Below the pieces are notes generated by a model. The model was not told the DNA's origin. It saw only the letters and a list, made by a program, of their open reading frames with translations, and made no database searches. A stretch of 64,000 nucleotides of DNA from Novakomyces olei. Its lineage: Eukaryota. Location: positions 1,178,001 to 1,242,000 of the forward strand of contig JADEYG010000007.1 of assembly GCA_016906335.1 (NCBI GenBank), given 5' to 3'. This document shows, one piece after another, positions 23,791 through 36,616 of the stretch; within the stretch, counting starts at the first letter, position 1; the number at the start of each line of letters is the position of its first letter. Both the position numbers and the translations under genes were made by a program.

Positions 23791-26700
23791 CTAGACCGCT
23801 TCTGCTTCTTCTCCCTCCACAGCCGCAGCCTGACCATCAGCTGGCCGTGTATCGCCAGCGGGAGTAGGAGACTCTTCAGCAGCAGCACGAACTGCCCCAT
23901 ACTCTTGCCCGGCACCGGCCTCTGTTTCTTCAGCAGGCGCAGCTGCAGTAGTGCCTAAAGCTGCAGTTTCAGTAGGCGCAGAACCGTCTTTGGCAGCAAA
24001 AGACTCTGCACCTTCGTCCTGGTGGGCGTTCAGTATATCATACATGTTTGTAGGAGTGGCAGATCCACTGCTGCGAGTGGAAGACTCTGTCTTTGCAATA
24101 CTCGACCCACCAGACTTGCTACGGCTCCCACTGTGGCTCTTCATCATGTTTTGCATAAGCGTCGAGGGCGCATGGCTCGATCCCGGTTTCAGCCTCAGCT
24201 GACCCATCCTGCTCGCGTCTTTTTTAGACCATCCGTCGTTGGAGGAGGATGCAGTTGCTCCAGATCCGCCTGCGAGTCCTCGGCCAGATCCGCCTCGGCC
24301 TCCGAGTCCCGAACGTGTATCGTAAAAGTCATTGCCACTACTTGCTCCTCCTCCTCCACGATGGCCACTACGGCCAAGCATACGAGCATTGGCAGCAGAA
24401 GCAGCAGCAGCAGCTGCTGCTGCCTCACGCTGCCTCTCTGCCTCGGCATGAACTTCCTGGATCGTCTTGGGACCCTTGTCTGCACTGTTGCTCTGCCAGC
24501 CTCGGGCACGGAGGTCAAGCACGTCCTGGATCATAAACTTTATACGGCTCGGAAGGTTGGACGATTTACGGATAGTCTGCATTCGCTCAGCGTAAGCGTT
24601 CATCTGTGGCCGCGTCCTTTCATCAGCGTCAAGGAGAGCTCCGACAGTGTGCATTAGTTTACACAGTGACTCAATCTCCTCCTCCTCAGGCTCACTCACG
24701 TTGCCAAGGAGACGTGTAATGCACTCGATCATGATCCGTCGGGAGAGCATATGGTACTTGAACAGCTCTCCGACAAACTGGACCAGACCCAAGCCCCTCC
24801 TCTTGGCCGCTGCTGCCTTGTAGTACTCGTCCGACATCAACTCTACCTCCTCTGACCCACCCTCTGGCTTGGCGGGCATGTCTACTTTCCAGCCACGCTC
24901 AAAGTTCTCCTGGCACCGGCTGAGGAGGTACTTGCGGAACAATAAGCCCCCAGCAACGGGTTTGCCGTCCTTGTCCAGTATCTGCTCATCCACGACAGAA
25001 TCGTCCGTCTGCTCCATCATCTTGAGGCAGAAACGGGCATACATGTTTGAGTAGTTGGCCTCGTCTGTGGCCTTTTCAAACGCCAGTTCAATAACCTGCC
25101 TCAGCGTTCTGCCATCCTTCTCCTTGCGAGACTGCAGAGCAATCTCCAGGATCGAGTCTGAGATCTTTTCAAAGTTGTCCAGCGTCATCTTGTTCAGCGC
25201 TGCTTTGACTTTGCGCTGAACTGCCTCTGGGGTATACCGCCCGTCCTCCAGAGTATCGCTCTCTGCCAAAAGGCTTCGAGGCTTCCACCTGCTCGCTGAA
25301 GGCTGAATCGGTTTCACCTGGTCCAGCGGGATCGTTGCCTCTGCGTCCCGTTTGATCGCTTCCTCTGTCTGTTTTTTGCTCCGAGACTGCTGCTGCACTG
25401 CATTTCGTGAAGACTTTCTGTTTGTCTGACTGGCACCTCCCATTCCCGTACCCGCTGCGGCTGACCGATGGCCTCCGCTATTATTCTGCGACTGGTTCCG
25501 TCTCTCTGTAGACGAAAAGGCAGACGCCATCGATGCTCGGCCGCCAAGAGGTCTCATTCCGGCTCCAAACTTGCCCATCTCGAAATTCATGCCCTGCCCA
25601 GACGTACCAAAACTGCCCATTCCTCCTGCTCCAGCTCCTCCAGCTCCTCCAGCTCCTCCTCCAGCACCAGACCGTGCTGGACGGGCATCGTTGCCGGCCC
25701 GGAAGCTCCTGTCTCCGCCAGAGGCGAATCCACGCCTAAAGTTCTCCATATTGCCAAACGTTCTACGTACCCTCTCCTCCCAGTCGGCAGTCGGTGGACC
25801 CCTGTAAGCGGACTGGAACTGTAGCAGGAAAGGCCGATCGTACTTGTACCGTTTAGCTTTGGCGTCCTTGTTCAAACTGGCTATTGGGCCATGCGCATTA
25901 GCGCCATAGTCAACTGCTCCAAGGTCGGAAATAAATGTGGCCTTCAACAAAGCCCTGAGCGAAAGCGCTGGTGCATTATCATGCAATGGACGCTCCTGGG
26001 TTTTGCTTTCCTGACCCACTGCCGTTTCTCCATTGCTCTCTCCATCAGTGGCCCGCTGAGACTGAGCTGATGGATCAGGACTGGCTTTGTCAGTACGCTC
26101 TGTACTGGCAAGACCAGCGTCTTTGGACGATTCTGCCAAAGGCAGTTCCTTGGCAGAACTGGAGTCTGCCGTAGAAGCTGCCGTAGAAACTGCCGGCCGG
26201 TCAGAGGCAATCTCTCCTTCTTCCAGCTCTTGACGGGGTTCAGTTTGCCCGGGCAACGATGGCTCAGTAGCACGAGGGATCGATTTACTAGCCTCAAGTG
26301 TAGAACTTTCCACACTCGGACTGGCCTCGGGCTCTTTTAGAGTTTTCTCTGCCTCCGGCTCTTTAAACTTTTTCTCTGCCTCTGGCTCCGGCTTGGACGG
26401 CTCTTGTTTAATGGGCTCTTGTTTAATGGGCTCTTGAGCTTCACTGTCCTGCTTCACGGCTTGAGCTGAGCCACCCACGTCCAGTGTCTCTTTCTTGGCC
26501 TCTGAGGCAGAAGGAGTGAGAGTCGACGGCGTTGGAGCCTCTGAAGCCCGGGCTTCAAGAATCCGGCGCTGGATCTGTTCGCGAGCCTCGTCCTGCCGGC
26601 GTTTCTTTTCCTGCTCACTCAGCTTTTCCGGTTTAGCCTCAATGCTGAAGGCAGTACTTGTGCTCGCGACTGGAGGAGCAGGTACACGAGGCTCTGCCTT

Positions 26701-29000
26701 TGCAGGCTGCTCTTCCACCGGCTTTGGCTCTGCTATAGGATCCGGTCCCTGTTCCGTTTTGGCCTCCTCCGCACTGGTCTCCTGTGGCACAGCAGCGCTA
26801 GTGGCCTCTTCCTTGACTGGACTGCCCGCACGTCTCGGCGGCAGTTCAATAGCCTGATGGGTATCCGGATTAATGATGGCAATTGCCTTGCGCTCCCGTT
26901 TTTGCGGACGTACAAAAGGTGAACTGCCAGTGGCCATCGGCGAAGACGAACTGCTTCCGGGCCCAGAGACAGTGCCGGCAGGAACAGCACGAGGAGCGTG
27001 GACTGGCGAATTTGCTAGTTGAGCAGCCGTGGAAGGCAGGGGACTTGACCTGTTTGCCAGTGCTGGCGAAATTGCTGCCCTCTGCTGTGCGTCAGAGACA
27101 CTAGAATTTGACCTGGAAAGCGTGTAAGCATTAGGAACAAAATTGGGCTGGTACATTTGAGTCTGCTGAGGCTGCTGAAGCTGCTGGAGCTGAGGCTGAG
27201 GCTGAGGCTGAGGTTGAGGCTGCTGGTAAGCAACGTTCTGGTAGTACGGCGACTGCTGTTGAGGACGAGGAGACCGGGCAGACCCATTGGCCCCATTATT
27301 GCCAGGCTGTGGCTGCAACGAGTAGAGCTGTGCTTGTTGTACTTGTTGAGCTTGTTGAGCTTGTTGCTGTTGTTGTTGTTGTTGTTGTTGCAAAGAGTGC
27401 TGAGACTGTGACTGCATCATCTGTGCCTGGTAGACTGCCATTGGGTCATAGTACATGTACCCGTAGGCATTAGGGTTATACTGGCCCGGGCTGTACTGGT
27501 TAGGGTTATACTGCCCCACCGGATAGAGCGTGGCCGGTCCAGCGTGAGGCGACCTGTGAGCACGTGCTGCCTGGTGATGGTGCGGATGGTGCGGGTGAGG
27601 ATAGTTTCCAGCACTCGGAGCCATAGGCGAAAGGCCGTTGGCAGTAGCCATAGCGCTCACATAACTGTTGGCACTGGGCCCAGACATGTTTACACGCGGC
27701 CTTGGGGAGGCATTGTACGGCTGAGTATAGTACGCACCAGTATTCCCATGCTGCTGGCCAGACTGTGGGGTCACAGGGGCATTCTGCCGACGCGGGGAGG
27801 CAGAAGACTGCTGGAAACTGCCTCTTCGGCTGTGCGAGGGCCCCGACGAAGCCCCAATGCTCGTCTGTGGAGCAGTGTTAGGGTTAGGGTTAGGGTTAGG
27901 GTTGGTATTATTACTAGGGTTAGGGTTAAGGCCAGTGCTGGGGTCAGTGCTCTGTCCGTGCGAGGCACTAGGAACAGGCGCCTGGTTCTGTGGCGCAGTT
28001 GGCGCGGCAGCAGAGGGCGGAGCCTGTGCTGCCGGCTGCTGAGGCGTCAAAGGCGGAGCTGGAGACGGTGCAGAAGGCACATTACGCGCCTTGGCCTTGT
28101 CTGTCTGAGGAATACTCACAGCGGGAGCTGGAGACGCCGTCTGAGCAGCGCTGTCGCTGCTGCTTTTTGCACTGTGGCCACTGCCATTCGTCACTGCTGA
28201 ACCAGCTGACGCAGGTTTCGACTGCGCTGGCTGAGGAACAGCTACAGCCGGTTTTTTACCAGAGGCAGCAGCAGCAGCAGCTGCTGCTGCTGCTGTAGCT
28301 CTTGGCTGTGTGGGCACTGCCGGTGTAGGCATACTTGCCGCTCCTGACGGCGTATGTCTATGCGTAGCGCCTCCGTTAGATTTGGACTGAACGGGCGCTA
28401 AAGGTGCCGCCGATGCGGGTTTAGCAGAGGCAGTTGGCTCTTTGCTCCTATCTCCTCCCAAGGCTTTTGCGTAAGTCGAAGGCGTGGAAGAGGGACGCGG
28501 AGCTGTTGCGGAGGGCGCAGTAGACGGTTTCGCGCTCACATTTGACGGAGCGTCAGAGGCGGCTGACGAACGGGTCGAAGCATTTGCGCCGTTGCCAGAC
28601 TTGCCCACCATGCCGGCCAAACCAGTTTGTTTGGGCTGCGCTAGTTAGAATTGTGACGATTAAAGAGACGTAAAGAGATGTAAAGTGCTGTAAAAGAGAT
28701 GTAAAAAGTAAAAGAGATGTAAAAGAGTAAAGGAGTAAAAGTGCTGTAAAAGAGATGTAAAAGTCTGTAAAAGAGATGTAAAAGTGCTGTAAAAGAGATG
28801 TTAAAGTGCTGTAAAGGAGATGTAAAAAAGATGTAAAGAAGCCGTAAAGGATATATAAAAGAGCTGAAAAAGAGCTAAAAAAAAAGAGCTGAAAAAGAGA
28901 TGTCAAAGAGATGTAAAAGCTGTAGACTAAAAAAAGAAACGCCGAATAGAACGAAGCCAGGCTGAAGCGTCTCTCGGCCTGTAAAAGGCATTACAGCCAT
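23791..29000 (-). CDS. translation initiation factor eIF4G
   Basis: eIF4E-binding YDRPFLLQF and MIF4G domain (VQRKVKAALNKMT, FEKATDE, FRKYLLSRCQ, EEEEIESLCKL, GPKTIQEVH). The 5' end (ATG GCT micro-exon at 29000-28995, intron 28994-28636) is inferred; main exon 28635-23791. Confidence 0.92.
28665..28920. repeat. degenerate 11-12 bp purine-rich repeat (AAAAGAGATGT / AAAGTGCTGT)
   Basis: Many imperfect copies inside the predicted first intron of eIF4G. Confidence 0.8.
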
Positions 29001-30107
29001 TAAATCAATCAAATTCAATATCTCTCTTTGGCTTTGCTCTAGGCTCGCAAATTGCAGGAGTCTAAAAGTACAGCTGTACCAGCACACCGCCTTAAGGACT
29101 CACGTGCAAACACGAGTAGGCGGAAGCTGGAAGGGAAAAGACAAAGACTTACGCAAATAAAGAAGAATCGGGAAAGGGAAAGGAGAAAAGGCAGACACCC
29201 GACGCGATCGATGCGACAAGTGCAGTACTTTTCTTCTTCCGAGACCGCCTTGATCCAAAGAGTCAAGGCTTTTTTTCCCCCGAAAAAAAATACCTGTAAA
29301 ATTATGTCGGGCGTAGAGTTTTATATGTACATAGTACTATTATCTTAATAATATTATTTTAATTATTATTTCAATATGTATATTTCCTTGTAATCGAAAC
29401 TGTAATTTGTGTATTTGCACCGTTCCAAATTACGCACTCAAACAATTAATAAATAATTGGGTAATTGCTAATAGGCAAATTACTAATAAATGGGTAATTG
29501 TTAATAGGCAAATCTTGGGCGTATGTCGCGCTCGTACGACCGAGTTTAGCAATTGAAAGCGATAATCGTGCATGAACTTACTATGCGCAAGTGGTTGAAC
29601 GAATGTTTAAATAATGATTCAGCTGTGGCCATCTTGCAGCGCAAATTATTAGTTTCCAATATTATTCTAGACGCTGCAGATCTTCAATTAGCGCATTTTG
29701 CTTATTAGCAGCGTCTTACAGCGTACCAAATTTTGTTGCCGCCATGTATATTTAAAGGAAAATGATTAATACTGCCTAGCAGGCTGGCATTACGCTTCCC
29801 AATGTATGACGTCGGGAAATATGTATATTCATTATAAATCGACCATTGAAAGACTGTTTTGACTCCTGTTGTGCAGCGTTTACTAAATAAAAAATATAAA
29901 AGAGAAGCGTTTCTCCTGGTCTCGTGGTCTCGTTTCTCGTTTCTCACTTATCCAGAATTATGTTGCTGTGCCACTGCTCTACACAAGCGAGTGATGTAAA
30001 TCTAATTACCAACAAATAGCCCTAGACGGTACGCTATAACCCTGACGGCGCGGCCCTCAGCAACACCAGACATTTACTTGAATACTGTTCCATAAATCGG
30101 GACCTTA

Positions 30108-30278
30108 TTAATGTCTATATAAACCTTATGTCTATGTAAACTTAATGTCTATGTAAACTTAATGTCTATGTAAACTTAATGTCTATGTAAACTTAATGTC
30201 TATGTAAACTTAATGTCTATGTAAACTTAATGTCTATATAAACTTAATGTCTATATAAACTTAATGTCTATATAAACT
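30108..30278. repeat. 17-bp minisatellite (TAATGTCTATGTAAACT)
   Basis: About 10 copies with G/A variants. Confidence 0.95.
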
Positions 30279-30587
30279 GTTGTCAAGACTCTTTCAATTC
30301 CAATAAAAAATTAATCCGTAATATATAGACAATTAACGCTAAGCTTTGTGAGTACACGCTCCAAATCTAGTAATTTTGTAATGCGTAATAATTACACACC
30401 AGCACAATATGTATAGCACACTTGAAAGCAGGAATAAAATGCAATACAAAATAAAATGCAATACAAAACTGTATCCCGCCTATTACGCAAAGCCCACGGT
30501 TTTTTATTATTATTATTTAATACAAGCGCACCCCGCAAAAACGAGGTAATCGACGTAGCGTACACTCTTGTTGTTGTGTCCAGAGCA

Positions 30588-31125
30588 ATGAGTCGAGGTG
30601 GTGCAGGTAAAGCTGTGCGTTTTAATGTATATTTTACTGACAGCGAAAGGTAATATATGGCATCGTCGAGCCTCGCAAGAGAGCAGTGAAGCCCCCCGCT
30701 TTGCCAGCTCTCCTCATGCCACAAAGCCAGACCAGCAGGTTGAACTGCAGGGCAATGCCATGGCCGGTCGAGGTGGGTACGGGAACAAAATTCCGATTGA
30801 GCAGCGTGCCGTTGCATCAACGCCAAACGAGTCTGGCCTAGTCACGTCTGACGAAGACGACAACTATACAATAAGGCGGACGGTTACTAGCGAATCAGAG
30901 CGCCTACGCCGCCAAGGGTTCTACTCTGGCCGAGGCGGGGCAGGCAACTTTCATCCCGACGACGAGCACAACCCCAGCTTACAGCCAGTAAAACGGCTCA
31001 AATCTAGAGGAAGCGTCGTCGACCGTGACTCGGAGACGGGGCTTTGGCAGCATATCACGGAGGAAAAACCACACAGGACCGGCACTGGATTGTCGCGTCT
31101 GTGGTCTGCTGTAAGGCAGCGTTGA
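30588..31125 (+). CDS. GRGGAGN-repeat protein (DUF3602/Par32-like), 1 intron
   Basis: MSRGGAG|NIW..., AGRGGYGN and SGRGGAGNF motifs; intron 30607-30649. Confidence 0.75.
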
Positions 31126-31651
31126 AATGTTACCCGATGCTGTCTATACGCAAAACGTGCGCGCCGAGCATAGCAAGCCGCTACATCGCTCGGGTCTATA
31201 CTATAATACGAGGACAATTGTGAGATTGATAATACACCTGCAGTAGACTGTTTCAATACAAAAGCATTCTTTATGCTTTGCGCATTCACAAAGAGTCTTT
31301 TGGTTTTAAATGCTTTAAAAGTTTACATTCGAGCTTGCTCTGCTCTTTTGCACCCGTACCATCGTCTAGAACCGAACTAGAACTTAACCCTAACCCTGAC
31401 GGATCAGTGGTCAATGCTTTATAAAAGTATTAATATTCTACAGTTGTGTGATTATCGTCTTTGACAAGCGTTATTAATTTTATTTATTTTTCCATTTAAA
31501 CGAATTATATACCGCGTAAAATGTAACAATATCAGCAACGCTGTCTGCACATTGAATTTTATTTATTTGTAAACATTTGTTCATATAATGATAGTATTAT
31601 ACGCACGATACGGTCGGGAACAGCGGGCATTCTTGAATAGACGCGTATGCT

Positions 31652-33231
31652 ATGACGCTGGCGGAAATGTAAGCACATTGCGCTTTCCTGCCAAAAGTAC
31701 CACTGTGGCTGACAATGACCAGATTAACAAATCAGCCGATTTGCATTGACAATGTAACAAGACACTCGAGAAAAAAGAATAAATAAAACTAACGCGCTGT
31801 ACATAGGGCTCAGGCACGATCAAAGCTGGGTTCGCTGGACAAGATCAGCCCAAATGCTTTTTCCCCTCGTACGTAGGCCGACCTAAGCATAGACGCGTGA
31901 TGGCTGGTGCCCTGGAAGGCGATTTTTTCATTGGCAACCGTGCACAAGAGTTCCGAGGGCTCTTGAAAATCAATTATCCATTGGAGCATGGGATTGTTAC
32001 AGACTGGGCGGATATGGAACACATTTGGAGCTTTATGTTCAACGATGGACTTCGATCAATGTCGGAGGAGGTATGCGTACATTTACATATATTAAATATA
32101 CATTTGTTCAATTGGCCGTCCAAAAATAATACTAACATAATCAGCACCCAATCTTACTGACAGAAGCACCGCTTAATCCTACAGCCAACAGGGATAAAGC
32201 CGCACAAATTCTGTTTGAGACGTTTAATGTACCCGCTCTTTTCGTGTCTATTCAGGCAGTTCTAGCGCTGTATGAGCCCTTTATATAACTAGTTTTTTTG
32301 ATGCCTGCTAATGCGCAGATACGCGTCCGGTCGGACAACAGGTGTAGTCTTGGACTCGGGCGATGGAGTTTCACACACGGTACCCGTGTACGAAGGATTC
32401 GCAATGACACAAGCAATCCGTCGGTCTGACGTGGCCGGCCGTGATGTCACGGAATACCTGCAACTCTTGTTGCGCAAGGCAGGACTGCCGATGGTTACCA
32501 GCGCGGAAAAGGAGATTGTTCGGGATATCAAGGAGAAGGCTTGTTACTTGACATTGGACCCGAGGAAGGAGGAACGAGATTGGCTTAATGCTGGAACGGG
32601 TGCTGCTCTTGCTGCCGTCAAGACCGAAAGTTATCAGCTACCAGACGGTCAAAAATTTGAAGTATTTTTCTCTTATATTTTGGTTTTCACATTCCTATGC
32701 TATTTTCTTTTAATGTATTTATTTTTTCTTGGGCTAACTTTGGTAGCTAGGACCAGAGCGGTTTCGTGCTCCAGAAGTATTGTTTAATCCTGAAATAATT
32801 GGGTCAGAGTCCCAGGGCATTGACCAGCAAGTAGTTAGTTCGTTGGGGCTGGTGGATATGGATTTGCGCAAGCCGTTGTACAGTAATATTGTCCTGTCAG
32901 GAGGGTCTACGTTAACAAGAGGTAAAGCCAATAAGAAAACAAAATATTAAATAAAACAAGTCAGCATCAGTAGCTTATTGACCTCCAGGCTTCGGGGATC
33001 GTTTACTGAACGGCATACGTAAAGGAGCGGTGAAGGATACCAAAATTAAAATTTACGCGCCACCAGAGCGTAAATACAGTACGTGGATTGGAGCTTCGAT
33101 TCTGGCGAGCCTGAGTACTTTTCGCAAAGTAAATGAAATCTTGCTATTTGCAACTAACACGCCTTTAGATGTGGGTCAGCGCAGAGGAATACCAGGAGGA
33201 TCCTAACATCATCCATCGAAAATGCATGTAA
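31652..33231 (+). CDS. ARP1: actin-related protein 1 (centractin, dynactin), multi-intron
   Basis: [65 protein letters not shown] and EDPNIIHRK are Arp1-type rather than actin-type. Confidence 0.92.
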
Positions 33232-34227
33232 TTGCCGTCGAACGAGGGTTAGGGTTGGAAGCATGCTTTTATGATGTTTAAAAGGACTCTGTATTTAAAC
33301 AATACTCACGAAAGCAAGAGCTTATCTGCGGGGCCAAAATGTAACACTTCTTTCTGTGACGGCCACGGACTGTTACAAAAGAGCGTCCGCAAAAAATATT
33401 ACTCTGGTCAGTGCTGTTTGGAGAAATGCCACCAAGAATTGGGTAAAGTACTAGATTATAGCAAGGCACCGATTCATTTGCCTTGTGACCAGGAAAATTG
33501 CATTATTTATAAACCCGGTCAGACGGCTGCAGATGGTTTTCTAAACTTTTAACGCAGTTGGCAGTTGTCGCTTATGGATGTATGTGCGCAAGGCGTTACT
33601 TTGTCAAATATGTTCACAGTACATAATCCCATTAGAGCGGGCTAAAGCAATTCCTCAGGATTCTGTCGCTAATTCGAAACGAATTAATACAGAACTGTCC
33701 TTTGGTGTAAAAAATACCAATCTTAAAGCGCAATACTACACAGTTTCGTTTCAAAGTGAGAGAACTGCTTCCCTTTAAATCTCTATTGTATAATGCGCCA
33801 AAAAATTATGCAAACTGGACCTCTGAAATGAAGCTTAACGGGAGGAGCGTTTGCGTTGAAAGGCAACAGCGACACAAAGTGTCCTTATCGCATTTACCAT
33901 ATTTAGTACATTGCATTGTGAATACACGGCCATTGAAAGGAGGAGTCAAGTCTTTGTGAGCAATGCGCTATGCATCGAATAGATTATACAAGACCATAAA
34001 CCATAGTGTCGACGTCCTTTTGGCAGTAGATTTGAGCAGCAATGTTTAACAGTAAACACTTTCCGGCGAGAACCTGGACCAACGATATATAGAGACGGGC
34101 CCCGTCCCTATATTTACCAACATCCCACGCCAGTGGATTACGTAATTTACGAGTCATTTTAATAGACGACAATGTGAATCACAAATTGCACTATTGCCAA
34201 TGGATTACTGACACGAAAAGTGAAAGC

Positions 34228-35212
34228 ATGGCGACCGCGCTGAATGCTTTGCGCGCGTTCCGTGCTCCGCCTTATTCGCAAAGCGTAAACGCATGGATCA
34301 GCCAATGGCCGCAGAGCAATGCCCATAAAGCCAGTGTGCTCGTGCTTTTGTACACTGGACGGCGCAATGAGCTGCGTGTAGTACTTACAGAACGCGCTGC
34401 CAGCCTTCGTAGCTTTTCCGGTGATGCAGCTTTACCCGGGGGTATTTAGAACGTGATTTAATATACAATATTAATTTCAAGGCCGCGCTGAGCCGTATGA
34501 GAATAGCTGGCAGACAGCAAGACGTGAAGCTAGGGAAGAGATTGGATTAAATACGGATATTGAGGTATGCTGATTGAAGCTTTATTTGTATGGTTTTGCT
34601 GTATTTTTTCACCTTTTTCAATTTAAATGACCGATTTCAATTATTTATTATTCCATTTACCTTGGTCAATATTGCTCGTGATTTTTAGGGCTACGAAACT
34701 CTGTATTGCCTTTACTTTTGTCCAATCGTCGTCCAATCATGGTCCGACATGTTCAATTACAAGCACAATGCTAAGCGTAGGAACTGACAACGCTCCCGCC
34801 TTTCCTGTCAAGAAACAGTCTGCTCGTTACGCCCTGCGTCGCTTTTTCCCCAGGTGACGAAGCAATCAAGAATTTCGCTCCAATAGACACGCGAGAAGTG
34901 GCAGCTGTATTTAGTGCTCCTCTCGCGCGTTTCCTATCCAGCCAATCACACAGTGCGCGACGCGTCAAATGGTTTGATGAGCGGATGCTTATTCATTCGT
35001 TCCGAGTGGGCGGCCAGCTTCACGGTGCCAAGTACTGCGTGTGGGGTTTAACCGCTCGAATCCTTGTCGACGTGGCCCAAATTGCCTTTTGCCAGAGGCC
35101 CGCGTTCACGTACGAGACGGGTTCAGACCGGTCGAGGGCAAATGGCACAGACGAATCTGTGGGCCAATTGGCTTTCATTGAACACGCTCTTTGCGCTGGC
35201 TATTTAAAGTGA
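34228..35212 (+). CDS. PCD1: Nudix CoA diphosphatase (Pcd1/NUDT7-like), 2 introns
   Basis: ASVLVLL, LTERAASLRSFSGDAALPGGR, TARREAREEIGL (Nudix box), EVAAVFSAPL and VWGLTARIL. Confidence 0.85.
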
Positions 35213-35822
35213 GCCTGGAAGTTTGCACACTGGCAGAGCACATTGCTGTATACACTTATGGTCTAGCATTATTAGAGTATAGTTTTATCCAGATTGTTTA
35301 TTATTATCATGATGATTGGCACTAGATGGTACTAGACGCGTTCTAACCTGCACCAGCCAGCCCGTCCCTCGAGCAATGTACGTTTACTGCGAGCGCGAAA
35401 CGCCTCATAAAGCTCCAGAGTGCCTGTGTCTTGAACACAATCCTCAAGCCCTCTTCCTACGAGTCATGCCAAGTCCGCCAGTGCGCTAATCTGCATATCG
35501 TAAAGCTCAAACTCTGCGACAGTTTTGCGTCAAGGTCCCACTATCGTCGTTGGGCACAACGACAAGGAGCTCTGATCGAACGCCGATTCAATTGTATGCC
35601 TTTATTAAGCGGACGCGTACAAGCGCCACGTCACGCGAAGCACGCTGTACAATTATGTCGCGCTGGCAAATAGACAAAAAGTAATAGACAAATCGTAAGA
35701 CAAACCGTAAGACAAACCGTAATAGCAGTGATCGAGCCTCAATTACTTTCGTTTCAATTACTTTTGTTTTTACTTTCGATTCAACTACTTTTGTTTTTAC
35801 TTTAGTTTCAATTCCTTCAGTT

Positions 35823-36244
35823 TCAGGCTTGGCGAGACGCGTCAAGCAAATGTAAATCTCGGCACTGCTCTTTAAGCGCGGCTATCTGGCTTGTAGCCAC
35901 TTGTGCGCGTGCTATCAAGCTCCGTTTGTACTCTGCAGTATTAGTGTATGATTTGAAAAGTCATCGATCAATCTTTTAATTTCTCTGCCGTATAATTTTC
36001 CCAGTATTCCTCCTTTATTCTTACCTTGAGGCGACACTCCCGTCACTCGCTGATCAGCTCCGTCCTTTTGCAACGGCTCTCCCGCCAAAGAGCGAACTTG
36101 CAGCCGCAGCTCGTCCAGCTGCACGAAAAATTAGTAACATTAAATAAAATATTCGCAATCGCCTACTTTTGACCGTACTGCAGCGACTTTTTGGCCCGCG
36201 TCGCCAGTGCCATTGTGAGGTCCGCTGTCATTTCCTGCACTCAT
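35823..36244 (-). CDS. small three-exon hypothetical helical protein (about 93 aa)
   Basis: ATG 36244; two introns with GTAGGC/GTAAGA donors, ACTAAT branch points and CAG acceptors splice in frame to TGA at 35823-35825. Confidence 0.65.
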
Positions 36245-36616
36245 TTCGAGGGCGACCAGACTTGGTCAAGCATCGGTCGGCTGCGCGTGAAAGGTTACAG
36301 TAGCCTATTTATCCAATTTTTTGCAAATTATTCTGCGTAGTATAGCCGCCAATATTATATTCTCTTGTACAATCAACGTACACTAAAATGTTTGCTAGTT
36401 TACTATTTAGAAATAGTTATTTGATTGAATAATAACTAATATTGATCAATAACAAACAGATAGTCGTTGATCAAGCAATCTGCAAGTCTGCTCAGGTGAC
36501 CGAGGTTTGTGTGAGTTATTCGTATATTCTTCACAAGCTACCGCAAATCTCTATTCTTATTGTTTCGAGTATAGTCTGATAGTTGATCGATAAAGTAATT
36601 AATTAATTAAAATGTT

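Noticed and set aside
24022..28298. Numerous plus-strand ORFs antisense to eIF4G and other genes
   Set aside because: Shadow ORFs of GC-rich coding sequence with no recognisable motifs.
30108..30278. Regular 17-20 bp arrays (also 22931-23070 and 37452-37592) as CRISPR-like arrays
   Set aside because: Head-to-tail repeats without unique spacers, no cas genes, eukaryotic context: these are ordinary minisatellites.
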